This document shows positions 9,228 through 19,397 of a DNA stretch of 20,000 nt, in pieces. Under the pieces are notes generated by a model. That model was not told the origin of the DNA. It did not search any database and saw only the letters and a program-made list of their open reading frames with translations. Source of the DNA: Squalus acanthias (Eukaryota); assembly GCA_030390025.1 (NCBI GenBank), contig JASTWF010000347.1, positions 489,007-509,006 of the forward strand, in the 5' to 3' direction. The translations under genes and the position numbers were made by a program. Each line of letters begins with the position of its first letter. Position 1 is the stretch's first letter.

Positions 9228-9520
9228 AATTCATTCTTGGGATGTGGGCGTCGCTCGCAAGAGCAGCAAATATGCCAATCCCCAGTTGCCCGTTGAGAAG
9301 GGGCTGGTGAGTCGCCTTCTTGAACTACTGCAGTCCGTGTGGTGAAGGTACTCCCACAATGTTGTTCGGTAAGGAGTTCCAGGATTTTGACCCAGCAACG
9401 ATGAATATGTCTAAGTCAGGATGGTGTGTGACTTGGAGGGGAACTTGGAGATGATGGTGCTCCCATGCAACAGCTGCCCTTGTCCTTCTAGGTGGTGGAG
9501 GTTGCGGGTTTTGGAGGTTC
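9228..9520 (-). mobile_element. 3' end of a second CR1-clade LINE family, degraded, intronic
   Basis: Minus strand encodes KFPSKSHTILT...GSKSWNSLP-like ORF2 C-terminus followed by a 3' UTR ending in a GAAT-type tail; probably the family seen at 17610-18825. Confidence 0.65.
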
Positions 9521-9619
9521 TGTCAAAGTTCTGGTCGAGTTGCAGATGTATAAAGTTCCTCTCCTTCGCCCCCTCCCACTCCCACTCCCACCTCTCTCTC
9601 TCTCTCTCCTCCCATAGAG

Positions 9620-9786
9620 GCCAGAGTCTTGTGTAGGCCCAGACCAGGTGGCGGGTTCCCTGCTCTGAAGGACAATAGTGAACCAGTTGGGTTTTTATGA
9701 CAATCCAGCAGCTTTCATGGTCACTTTTTTCTAGTGCCGGCCCCACAAATGACCAGATTCATTGAGCTCAATTTCACAACCTGCCT
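9620..9786 (-). mobile_element. Probable SINE body fragment
   Basis: GTAGGCCCAGACCAGG...AAGGACAATAGTGAACCAGTTGGGTTTTTATGACAATC resembles an elasmobranch interspersed repeat from memory; no pol III head is visible. Confidence 0.4.
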
Positions 9787-9947
9787 TTGTTTTCTTGTGG
9801 GTTCTCTCTCACGCTCCCTGTTTTAAATTTATTTTACAGGGTTTTAGAAGGGGAGGATTTACAGACGGTAAGCTCAAACCAAACATCACGTCAAGATATA
9901 ACAGAGTCACTCGACCTATCGGATCTGAATATCACCGGCCTCTGAAC

Positions 9948-11150
9948 ATGGAAGCAAAAAGCACCGTTCACAGTGGGGAGAAACCGCACACGTGTTCTGT
10001 GTGTGGACAAGGCTTCAGCCAATCCTCTGGCCTATCGAGACACAAGCGCAGTCACACCGGGGAGAGGCCGTTCACCTGCTCTGAGTGTGGGAAGGGATTC
10101 ACTCGTTCATCCGACCTGCTGACACACCAGCGAGTTCACACTGGGGAGAGACCGTTCACCTGCTCCATGTGTGGGAAGGGATTCACTCAGTCATCCAACC
10201 TGCTGACACACCAGCGACTTCACACCGGGGCGAGGCTGTTCACCTGCCCTGTGTGTGGGACGGGATTCTCTCAGTCATCCACCTACTGAGACACCAGCAT
10301 GTTCACACTGGGGAGAGGCCGTTCACCTGCTCCTGTGTGGGAAGGGATTCACTGAGTCATCCTACCTGCTGAATCACCAGCGAGTTCACACTGATGAGAG
10401 ACCTTTTAACTGCTTGAACTGTGGGAACTGCTTTAAAAGTTCCAGGGAACTGACATGCCATCAACTTATTCACACTGACGAGAGACCGTTCAGGTGCTCT
10501 CACTGCGGGACTGGGTTCAGGCGATCATCTGACCTCACTGTACACCAGCGCACTCACACTGGGGAGAGGCCGTTCACCTGTTCAGTGTGTGGGAAGCGAT
10601 TCACTCAGTCACCCAACCTTCTGACACACCAGCGCACTCACACTGGGGAGAGGCCATTCACCTGCTCCTGTGTGGGAAGGGATTCACTCAGTCATCCACC
10701 CTGCTGAAACACCAGCGAGTTCACACTGACGAGAGACCGTTCAGGTGCTCTCACTGTGGGACTGGGTTCAGGCAATCATCTGAACTCACTGTCCACCAGC
10801 GCACTCACACTGGGGAGAAGCCGTTCACCTGCTCCGTGTGTGGGAAGCGATTCACTCGGTCATCCCACCTTCTGACACACCAGCGCACTCACACTGGGGA
10901 GAGGCCGTTCAGGTGCTCTCACTGCGGGACTGGGTTCAGGCAGTCATCTGAACTCACTGCACACCAGCGCACCCACACTGGAGAGAGGCCGTTCACCTGC
11001 ACCGAATGTGGGAAGGGATTCGCTCAGTCATCCACCCTGCTGACACACCAGTACATTCACACTGGGGAGAGACCGTTCACCTGCTCTGAGTGTGGGAAGG
11101 GATTCACTCGGTCATCCCACCTGCTGACACACCAGCGAGTTCACAAGTGA
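9948..11150 (+). pseudogene. ZNF-A: tandem C2H2 zinc-finger gene, 14 fingers, three 1-nt frameshifts
   Basis: AACATGG start ([13 protein letters not shown]); CxxC-x12-HxxxH units with TGERP linkers. Shifts near 10283, 10333 and 10668. Read as is, it stops at 10289 after 3 complete fingers. AATAAA at 11296-11301. Confidence 0.88.
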
Positions 11151-11599
11151 CTGCAGGGGTTGGATTCTGCTGTTATTGCTGCTGTTAATCACATCCAGGA
11201 CTGAACCATGTTCATTCTGACAGTTGGGGTTTGTTTCTGCTGATGTTAATAACTCCTGTAACTGGGCTGGAGTTTAATATTCTGGATAGATGTCAAATAA
11301 ATCAGCTTTGTTTTAAACACATTGTTGTAGATTTTCTTCTTTCCCACCTGAGTGTTTAGCATCACCTGGCTGGAGCTCAGAAAGGACAATCTGGGGGAGG
11401 ATCGTACGGCGGGAACAGAACTTCAGCCTGGACACAGTCCTTCAGGGCCACACTGAGAGGGGCAAACGGCACTTTGGTCTTTCTCGTCTCTCTTCACTGA
11501 CAGCAAAGTCCCCGTGTGGGTTAATCTCGAGGCCTGTGAGAAATGTGTCCCAGCCGCTCTCTGCCATGGTTCAGAGCTCCTAGGCACGGAACAGAAGGC

Positions 11600-12721
11600 T
11601 CCTTTAGGAATGTACCCCAGTGCTTTTTTTTTAATGGCCTTATTAACGTGTGTCGCTACTTTTAGTGATTTGTGTATCTGTATCCCTGGATCCCTCTGCT
11701 CCTCCAGCCCATTTAGACTCTTAGGGGGAAAAATTCGGTGGCGCCCCCTTTGGGTCGCTAACGTCGCCGGGGCTAATTTTAGCGCCCCAAAAAAGTTAGC
11801 GCCCCTGCACATTAAATTCAGTGGTAGCGCCCCAAGCAGGAGGCGGGGTGCTACTGGAAGCGCTCCCCTCCCTCTTGAGGCGCTACCAGTGAATTTCGCG
11901 GCACTTCGTGCAACAGCGCCACGCCCGTCGGCACATAGCACCGTGTCATAGCAGACCTCCCTCCCTGATTAAAGGGGAGGGGCCTAGCACTGCTCACACC
12001 GGGGCCCTGCTGGACCACCGGGGAGCGGGGTGTCGGATCAAGAGGAGCGCCGGGCTGAGCGATCGCGGCCGACACCCCGAAGAAGAAAGGGGAAGGGGGC
12101 AGGTGCTGGCAGTCGGCCAAAATAAAAAGTTGCCGCCCGACACCTGCCCTTTAAGTGGCGTCGCCGCGGCTGCAGGAACGACCCCTGACCCTGTCGGACA
12201 TATCGTCCGGCGATAGGTCAGGGGTCGCAACCCAAGGTTGCAGCCGGGGTGCTGCGCATGGCGATGACGTCATTGCCGGCGGTGCAGTGCCGTGGGGCGC
12301 TACCGGCTACCGCCGCCGCTAACCTCCCGCTGAATATCGCAGGAGGCACAAAGCAACCCAATTTCACCCCCTTGTTGTCCAAGTAGTGAGTGGCCTCCTT
12401 ATTCTTCCCACCAAAACACACCACCTCACACTGATCTACAGTGAAATTCATTTGCCAATTACACGCCCATTCTGAAATTTATTAATGTCTTCTTGCATTT
12501 TGTCTTCCTCAGTATTAACTCTACCTCCCAATTTGGTGTCATCGACAAATTTTGAAATTGTTCTTCTGATTCACGAGTCCAAATTGTTTCTGTAAATGGT
12601 GAACAACAGTGATCCCAGCACCGATCCCTGTGGAGCACCACTTCCCACCTTTTGCCAGTCTGAGTAGCTACTCCTAACACCTACTGTCTGTTTTCTGTTT
12701 TATAACTAGCTTGCTGTCCAT
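11600..12721 (-). mobile_element. Old CR1 RT fragment interrupted by a MITE
   Basis: Degenerate SGAPQGSVLGSLLF, FVDDTKL and EEQRDPGIQIHKSLK; the sequence is continuous across 11723/12375. Confidence 0.85.
11724..12371. mobile_element. Non-autonomous DNA transposon (MITE), PIF/Harbinger-like
   Basis: GC-rich 648-bp insert; imperfect TIRs GGGGGAAAAATTCGGT / GGGGGTGAAATTGGGT; 3-bp flanks TTA / TTG; repeated subterminal TAGCGCCCC motifs. Confidence 0.7.
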
Positions 12722-12735
12722 AACAGTTTGTAAGA

Positions 12736-12916
12736 TCGACAAGATGACCAAGGTCAGGTCATGTGGAGTGAAGGGCCAGGCAGCAGAATGGATGGAAAGA
12801 TGGCTACAAAACAGAAATCAGAGGGTTGGAGTTAAGGGAAGTTTGTAGCGATCTTTCCATCCATTCTGCTGCCTGACCTTTGACTCCACACGGCCTGACC
12901 GTGGTCATCTTGTCGA
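12736..12916. repeat. Inverted repeat, 75-bp arms, 31-nt loop
   Basis: Arms 12736-12810 and 12842-12916 match at 68 of 75 positions with no indels. Confidence 0.95.
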
Positions 12917-13008
12917 CTGTACATACTGCAGACACAGTGCACCAGTGGTGGAGGGGGTGGATATTGAGTCCTGTGGCAGGGGCGCTGATGAAGTGGATTT
13001 CTCTGTCC
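12905..13008 (-). mobile_element. Short degenerate fragment of the second CR1-clade family
   Basis: Minus strand LNIHPLHHWCTVSAVCTVDKM resembles the post-RT segment of CR1-clade ORF2. Confidence 0.55.
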
Positions 13009-13327
13009 GTGAGTTTTGAGGCATCATTAGTGGCGTTTTTCACCACTTTCCACCTTTAAAAAAACCTTGCTGCCAGTTTATTAAAGCCATTAACAGCCGC
13101 TCGGGTGGGACACACCAATAAATGAGGCCCTGTAAGTTTCCCTCAGAATGACAGGCCTGAACCCGAGTTAGAAAACATTTAGTAATTAAACCAGACTGGG
13201 CGGGGCCTGAGGTGTGAGTTACTAACAGAAAATTAGTGGCCAGCGTACTTCACACCAGGGCTGAGGACCCGGGGACTCGGGTTTCTGTATCATTTATTGA
13301 TTCATTTTGTTTTTTTCCCAATCTCAA

Positions 13328-13935
13328 TCAGACTGGCGGGTCATCTTGCCGTCTGGCGGAGGCGAGGTTCCCCAGTGGAGGGCTCTCTACGCGGGGGTCC
13401 TTCCCTGCACCATTGGGGATCTGGGGTGGAGACTGTTGCAAGGAGCTGTCGTGTGTAACAGTTTAAGCTCCTTTCTGGACTCCAAGGCCAGATGTGTTTT
13501 TTGCTGCCTAGAGGAGTCCATGGGCCGTGTATATATTCAGTGTGAGAGGTTGCAGCCCCTGTATAGTTACCTGAAGGGGCTGCTCCTCAACTCTTGGTTA
13601 CACTTTAGTCCCACGCTCCTAATCTTTGTCCGCCCGGTGCGGAGGGGGGTGGGTAAGTCGGAGGATCTTCTCCTGGACCTGCTCTTGGGCCTGGCGAAAA
13701 CAGCAATTTGTCGGTCCAGGATGGGCAGGGCCCATGGCGGGGTCACTCTGGCTGCCTGCCTCTCTCCCGTGGTCTTGTCCGTGCCCGGGTGGCCCTGGAG
13801 AGGGAGCAGGCAGTGTCCACCGGTTCACTTGATACCTTCCTCGACCGGTGGGCACGGAAGGTATCAAGAGGCGATAATCGATCTTCACAATCACATTGTG
13901 ATTTAATTATTAATTGTGTGTGTGTCACAAATACA
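13328..13935 (+). mobile_element. Tx1-clade (L1 group) LINE 3' fragment
   Basis: PQWRALY...GDLGWRLLQGA, degenerate CCHC CVFC..EES..VYIQC.RLQPLY, LLLGLAKTAI.RSR, RARVALE...FLDRWA; frameshift near 13745. Confidence 0.8.
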
Positions 13936-14554
13936 TTTCTTCTATTTTAATACAAAAGCTCTACTAGACATGTTAAACTACTAGTTATTTAATCAGGGCT
14001 GCAGCTGCTGAAAGGTTGACTGTACTGAGGTTTGTGGCCAGAGCTGGCAGACGTGTTGTTCTGAAGTCTGATGTCTCACACCTGAAGAGTCTGTTTATGT
14101 CGTGTTGTAATGACCTTTTTCTGTTGCTTGGTGTCAGAAATAGAAATCAAAGGGAGATGATGCCTCACTCTGTTAATCAACTCTTTGACACATTTCCATG
14201 CATTTCCTTTCATAATTTACAAAGATCACAACTCCATTAGTGAACAATGGATTGCCAGTCTGCCACTTTTTAGTGAGGCTTGAAAGGATTCGCTGTGAAG
14301 CTACACCTGCCCATCTGTCTGTGTGTCACTGTGTTTGGATTGTGTTAGATAACAGTCCTAATATCTCACCTACATCCATTACAATTTTTGAAATGTTAGA
14401 TTGTACTTGGAAGAAGTTGAGTTTGAATCTGACAATTCTGAAATTGGGAGCTTTTAATGATTTCTGTTTTCACATAACTATATAGTGATGTGATCAGTCA
14501 AAGCAAATTAAAAGATGCTGCTATTTACTGAACACAACTGAATAATTCTACAAG

Positions 14555-14745
14555 GATGCTATCGCAGTCTTCCTCAGTATTAACTACACCCCCCAATTTT
14601 GTGTCATCTGCAAATTTTGAAATTGTACCTCTGATTCCTAAGTCCAAATCATTCATGTAAATGGTGAACAACAGTGGTCCCAGCACCGATCCCCATGGAA
14701 CACCACTTCCCACCTTCCGCCCGTCTGAGTAAATACCTTTAACTC
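14555..14745 (-). mobile_element. CR1 RT fragment
   Basis: SGVPWGSVLGPLLFTIYMNDLD...SKFADDTKLGG. Confidence 0.88.
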
Positions 14746-15274
14746 AGCCCGTTACTTGGATTGGGCTTGTCTCCATTCCCGTGCCGAGGGGATTGCTGTA
14801 CCAGACGGGAGGGGCAACATTTGGGGACTCTCGATTCTCCACCAATTCCCATTCCCCTTCTTTCTGGTGGATAATGGAGGTGCCACTGTGTGTAATGTGC
14901 AAGTCAGTAAGAATTGTCAGCGAGGATTAATCAGCACTTTCTAATTGGAGATGTTAATCAGCGGAAACTTTCAGACACTGAATTGTAGATTTTGAACCAA
15001 AGATCAATTTAGGATTGAAGTAAAAGTTCATAATTTTATTTAAAAATAATTCAGGGACTCTCATCAGAAATTAAGGGGAAAGATCAGACAGCGGTTCTTA
15101 AACAAACACTGCAGCCCCGACATGTCAATCAGCTATATATCCAGAATATTAAAGTCCAGCCCAGTTATAGGGGTTATTAATATCAGCAGAAACAAACCCC
15201 AACTTCAGAATGAACATGGTTCAGTCCTGGATGTGATTAACAGCAGCAATGACAGCAGAATCCAACCCCTGCAG

Positions 15275-16198
15275 TCACTTGTGAACTCGTTGGTGTCTCA
15301 GAAGGGTGGATGACCGAGTGAATCCCTTCCCACACACGGAGCAGGTGAACAGCCTCTCCCCAGTGTGAACTCGCTGGTGTGTCAGCAGGTTGGATGATCG
15401 ACTGAATTCCTTCCCACACACGGAGCAGGTGAACGGCCTCTCCCCGGTGTGAACTCGCTTGTGTGTCTGGAGACTGGACGAGCGAGTGAATCCCTTCCCA
15501 CACACGGAGCAGGTGAACGGCCTCTCCCCAGTGTGAACTCGCTGGTGTGTCAGCAGGTGAGATGACTGACTGAATCTGTTCCCACACACTGAGCAGGTGA
15601 ACGGCCTCTCCCCAGTGTGGACTCGCTGGTGTGTCAGCAGGTGGGATGTCTGAGTGAATCTCTTCCCACACACTGAGCAGGTGAACGACCTCTCCCCAGA
15701 GTGAACTCGCTGGTGTAGAATGAGGTTGGATGACTGCCTGAACCTCTTCCCACAGTGAGTGCAGCTGAATGGTCTTTCGCCAGTGTGAACTCGCAGATGT
15801 TTCTGGAGATAGGACGGGTGAGTGAATCCCTTCCCACACTCGGAGCAGGTGAATGGCCTCTCCCCCGTATGACTGCGTTGATGATTTTTCAGCTCAGACG
15901 GGTAATTGAATCCCTTTCCACACACGGAGCAGGTGAACGGCCTCTCCCCCGTGTGAATGCGTCGATGAGTTTCCAGCTTGGATGGGTAATTGAATCCCTT
16001 CCCACAGTCCCCACATTTCCACGGTTTCTCCGTGGTGCGGGTGTCCTTGTGTCTCTCCAGGTTGGACGATCGGTTGAAGCCTCGTCCACACACAGAACAC
16101 GTGTACGGTTTCTCCCCGCTGTGAACGGTGCGAGGTCTTTTCAGACTGTGAAACTGGTTAAAGCTCTTTCCACAGTCAGTGCACTGGAACACTCTCAC
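15275..16198 (-). CDS. ZNF-B: tandem C2H2 zinc-finger ORF (9 intact fingers plus 2 degenerate), no ATG; start uncertain, possibly a pseudogene
   Basis: Uninterrupted 307 codons beginning at GTG, no internal Met. Intact fingers start at EKPWKCGDC after ACC-ACG-G (16033). A further dead finger upstream carries two TGA stops. Confidence 0.75.
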   Translation of the reverse strand: MRVFQCTDCGKSFNQFHSLKRPRTVHSGEKPYTCSVCGRGFNRSSNLERHKDTRTTEKPWKCGDCGKGFNYPSKLETHRRIHTGERPFTCSVCGKGFNYPSELKNHQRSHTGERPFTCSECGKGFTHPSYLQKHLRVHTGERPFSCTHCGKRFRQSSNLILHQRVHSGERSFTCSVCGKRFTQTSHLLTHQRVHTGERPFTCSVCGNRFSQSSHLLTHQRVHTGERPFTCSVCGKGFTRSSSLQTHKRVHTGERPFTCSVCGKEFSRSSNLLTHQRVHTGERLFTCSVCGKGFTRSSTLLRHQRVHK

Positions 16199-16699
16199 TC
16201 AGGTGTGTGTGTCTCGGTGCTTTTCCAGTCACAACGATGTTTGAAATCTTTTCCCACAGACAGAACAGACAAACATTTCTCCACATTCAAAGACCAATGA
16301 TATTCAGGTCCTGATGAATGGAGTGACTCTGTCAGATCTTGACGTGATGTTTGGTTTGAGTTTCCCGTCTGCAAATCCTCCCCTTCTAATACCCTGTAAA
16401 AGGAGTTTACAAAAGTCATCACTAAGTACAGGATAGAAATCCAGAACAGACCATTCTAGTTTCCATGGAACATTCCTTCCTCTCTTGTTCCCCAAAAGCT
16501 GTAAATCCCCGTCCCACACACTCTCCCTCCTCCCTGTGCTGAAATCTGAACCCATCGCACCATCTCCAACATTTCTTTCCTCCACTCCCAGTTTTCTCCC
16601 TCCCTCTACTCTGGTTGGGTTCAGTTCCACACCCGCTGTGTGCAGAGTGAGAATAAAATCAATGAGTCAATGATTGTCTCTCCTGGTCACTGGGACCCT

Positions 16700-17110
16700 G
16701 AAGCCCCGCCCACTCTTTGTGCCTGGAAACTGGCCGCGCATGCGCCGTGATTCAACCCTGTCCAAGATGGCGGCCAGTGACCCCGCTGACCCGGGCGGCC
16801 GGGCCTGTCACCGCGGGGCAATCACGGGGCCTGTGGGCTCTTATTCGGGGCCTGAGGCCTACACCAGGTGTTTATTAAGCTTACCGGCCCACCCGCGGGT
16901 CCAATTCCTCCCCGAGCCCACAATCTCCTTCCGCTTCCCGGGAGCGTGTCTTCCGATTCAAACGATCGAGACCACTCGCACTGCGCATGCTCAGAGCACT
17001 GTCCGATCCTGCGCCTGCGCACTGGACTCCTGTAGTCATTGATCGGACACATTCTGCCGCGCGGCGGATTCTGGGTAAACGCCCCGCCATTGAAAGCCCC
17101 AATTGGTGCA
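16700..17110 (-). promoter_or_regulatory. CpG-island promoter and predicted non-coding exon 1 of ZNF-B
   Basis: GCGCATGCGC 16736-16745, CAAGATGGCGGC (YY1) 16763-16774, CGGAAG ETS-like cores, TGCGCATGC near 16982, ACTACA on the minus strand near 17035. Donor CCG/GTAAGC at 16885/16884; acceptor TTTTACAG/ at 16394/16393. Confidence 0.62.
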
Positions 17111-17203
17111 AAGAACTTTATTTATCATCCCATCGAGATTGAGGCCGGAGGGGCAATAAACAAAATTAATTTAAAAAAGAGCCTGGTCCCTCCGCCATCG
17201 TGC

Positions 17204-17609
17204 GACCCTGAAATGAGCTTCTGACCACATATCCGCAGCATAACAAAGACCGCCTACTTCCACCTCCGTAACATCGCCCGTCTCAGCCCTTGCCTCAGCT
17301 CATCCGCTGCTGAAACGCTCATCCATGTCTTTGTTACCTCTAGATTTGACTATTCCAATGAACTGCTGGCTGGCCTCCCACATTCCACCCTACCTAAACT
17401 TGAGGTCATCCGAAACTCAGCTGCCCGTGTCCTAACTCGCACCAAGTCCCGTTCGTCCATCACCCCCTGTGCTCGCTGACCTACATTGGCTCCCGGTTAA
17501 GCAGCACCTCAATTTCAAAATTCTCATCCTTGTTTTCAAATCCCTCCATGGCCTCACCCCTTCCTATCTCTGTAATCTCCTTCAGCCCCACAACCCCCCG
17601 AGATATCTG
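17204..17609 (+). mobile_element. L2-clade LINE ORF2 C-terminal fragment
   Basis: KTAYFHLRNIARL, LIHVFVTSRFDYSN, NSAARVLT, LHWLPV, FKIL and PSYL motifs with a stop and a frameshift. Confidence 0.88.
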
Positions 17610-18825
17610 ACCTTCAACCATCACAACCATCTTCCTTTGTGCTAGGTATGACTTCAGCCAGTGGAGAGTTTTCCCCCCCGATTCCCATTGACTTCAGTTT
17701 TACTAGGGCTCCTTGATGCCACACTCGGTCAAATGCTGCCTTGATGTCAAGGGCATTCACTCTCACCTCACCTCTGGAATTCAGCTCCTTTGTTCATGTT
17801 TGGACCAAGGCTGTAATGAGGTCGGGAGCCGAGTGGTCTTGGCGGAACCGAAACTGGGCATCAGTGAGCAGGTTATTGGTGAGTAAGTGCCGGTTGATAG
17901 CACTGTCAATGACACCTTCCATCACTTTGCTGATGATTGAGAGTAGACTGATGGGGTGGTAATTGGCTGGATTTGATTTGTCCTGCTTTTTGTGGACAGG
18001 ACGTACCTGGCTGTTTTCCACATTGTTGGATAGATGCCAGTGTTATAGGTGTACTGGAACAGTTTGGCTAGAGGCACAGCTTGTTCTGGAGCACAAGTCT
18101 TCAGCACGATAGCCGGGATGTTGTCGGGGCCCATAGCCTTTGCTGTATCCAGTGCGCTTAGCCGTTTCTTGATATCATGTGGAGTGAATCGAATTGGCTG
18201 AAGACTGGCTTCTGTGATGGTGGGGACCTCAGGAGTAGGCCGATATGGATCATCCACTCGGCACTCCTGGTTGAAGACGGTTGCAAACACTTCAGCCTTG
18301 TCTTTTGCACTAACGTGCTGGGCTCCACCATCATTGAGGATGGGGATATTCATGGAGCCTACTCCTCCCGTTAGTTGTTTAATGGTCCACCACCATTCAC
18401 GACTGGATGTGACAAGACTGCAGAGCTTTGATCTGATCCATTAATTGTGGGACCGCTTAGCCCTGTCTATAGCATGCTGCTTCAGCTTTTTAGCATGCAT
18501 GTAGTCCTGTGTTGCAGCTTCCCCAGGTTGGCACCTCATTTTTAGGTTTGCCTGGTGCTGCCCCTGGCATGCTCTTCCACTGGCAAGGTCTTCCACACTC
18601 CTTATAAAACCAGGGTTGGCCCCTGGCTTGATGGTAATGGTAGAGTGAGGGATATGCCGGGCCATGAGGTTACAGATTGTGGTGAATACAATTCTGCTGC
18701 TGCTGATGGCCCACTGCACCGCATGGATGCCCAGTTTTGAGCTGCTAGATCTGTTCTGAATATATCCCATTTAGCACGTTGGTATTGCCAAACAACACGA
18801 TGGAGGGTGTCCTCATACTGAGGCT
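17610..18825 (-). mobile_element. CR1-clade LINE ORF2 internal fragment (second family), multiply frameshifted
   Basis: KAMGPDNIPAIVLKTCAPE, PVHKKQDKSNPANYHPISLLSIISKVME, AQFRFRQDHSAPD. Confidence 0.9.
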
Positions 18826-18850
18826 CTCTGATTCCCATTTTATAGTCTCT

Positions 18851-19030
18851 GTGTAAGTGGTCCCTGGATTTGGTCTCACAATGTAAATGGTCCCTAGATT
18901 TAGTGTCTCAATGTAAGTGATAGCTGGATTTAGTGTCTGAGTGTAAGTGGTCCCTGGATTTGGTGTCACAGTGTAAGTGGACCCTGGATTTGGTGTCTCA
19001 CTGTCAGTGGGCCCTGGATTTGGTCTCAGG
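18851..19030. repeat. 30-bp minisatellite, 6 diverged copies
   Basis: Consensus GTGTAAGTGGTCCCTGGATTTGGTGTCWCA in exact 30-nt register. Confidence 0.92.
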
Positions 19031-19249
19031 GGGAAGCTCGCTGTCTCCACCTCCCCATCCCAGTCCTTCACTCAGCAGCTTCTGATCTTTTTCTGGGCCC
19101 TCTTTTCCCAGCCTTGGTGTTTTGCTCCTTTTAATGTGGGTGAATCGGGACCTCTCCCCGCCGAACCCCCTCTGCTGCTCCATTTCCCTGCTGCACCTTT
19201 TGTGCTCGGATATTTCCCATTGAAAAGGGTGTTGAGCTGCAGAGCAGAG

Positions 19250-19380
19250 GAGCTGAGGCCCCGCTGCAGAGTGAGTGAAGGGGACTGAAGGACGGGCGCG
19301 GGCTGAGCGCTCAAACCCCGCGGGGAAAGAAACCGGGAAAAAGTCAGGCTCTGATTGGAGGATCAGTGACCACGTGCAGG
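19250..19380 (-). promoter_or_regulatory. Small CpG-rich promoter-like segment
   Basis: Minus strand CACGTGG...CCAATCAG followed by GC-rich sequence; no recognisable gene downstream. Confidence 0.35.
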
Positions 19381-19397
19381 AGAGGCAGCTTTCAGTG

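Noticed and set aside
11151..11300. SECIS element or C/D snoRNA explaining the UGA and conserved 3' block
   Set aside because: No AUGA...AA...GA SECIS core or box C (RUGAUGA) seen; the one candidate stem AACTCC/GGAGTT is broken in the paralog.
11423..12451. Protein-coding ORFs within the GC-rich insert
   Set aside because: They span MITE/CR1 junctions, lack transposase motifs, and are expected from high GC.
15237..16300. Alternative-frame and antisense ORFs over ZNF-B
   Set aside because: A by-product of 84-nt finger periodicity, common to tandem C2H2 arrays.
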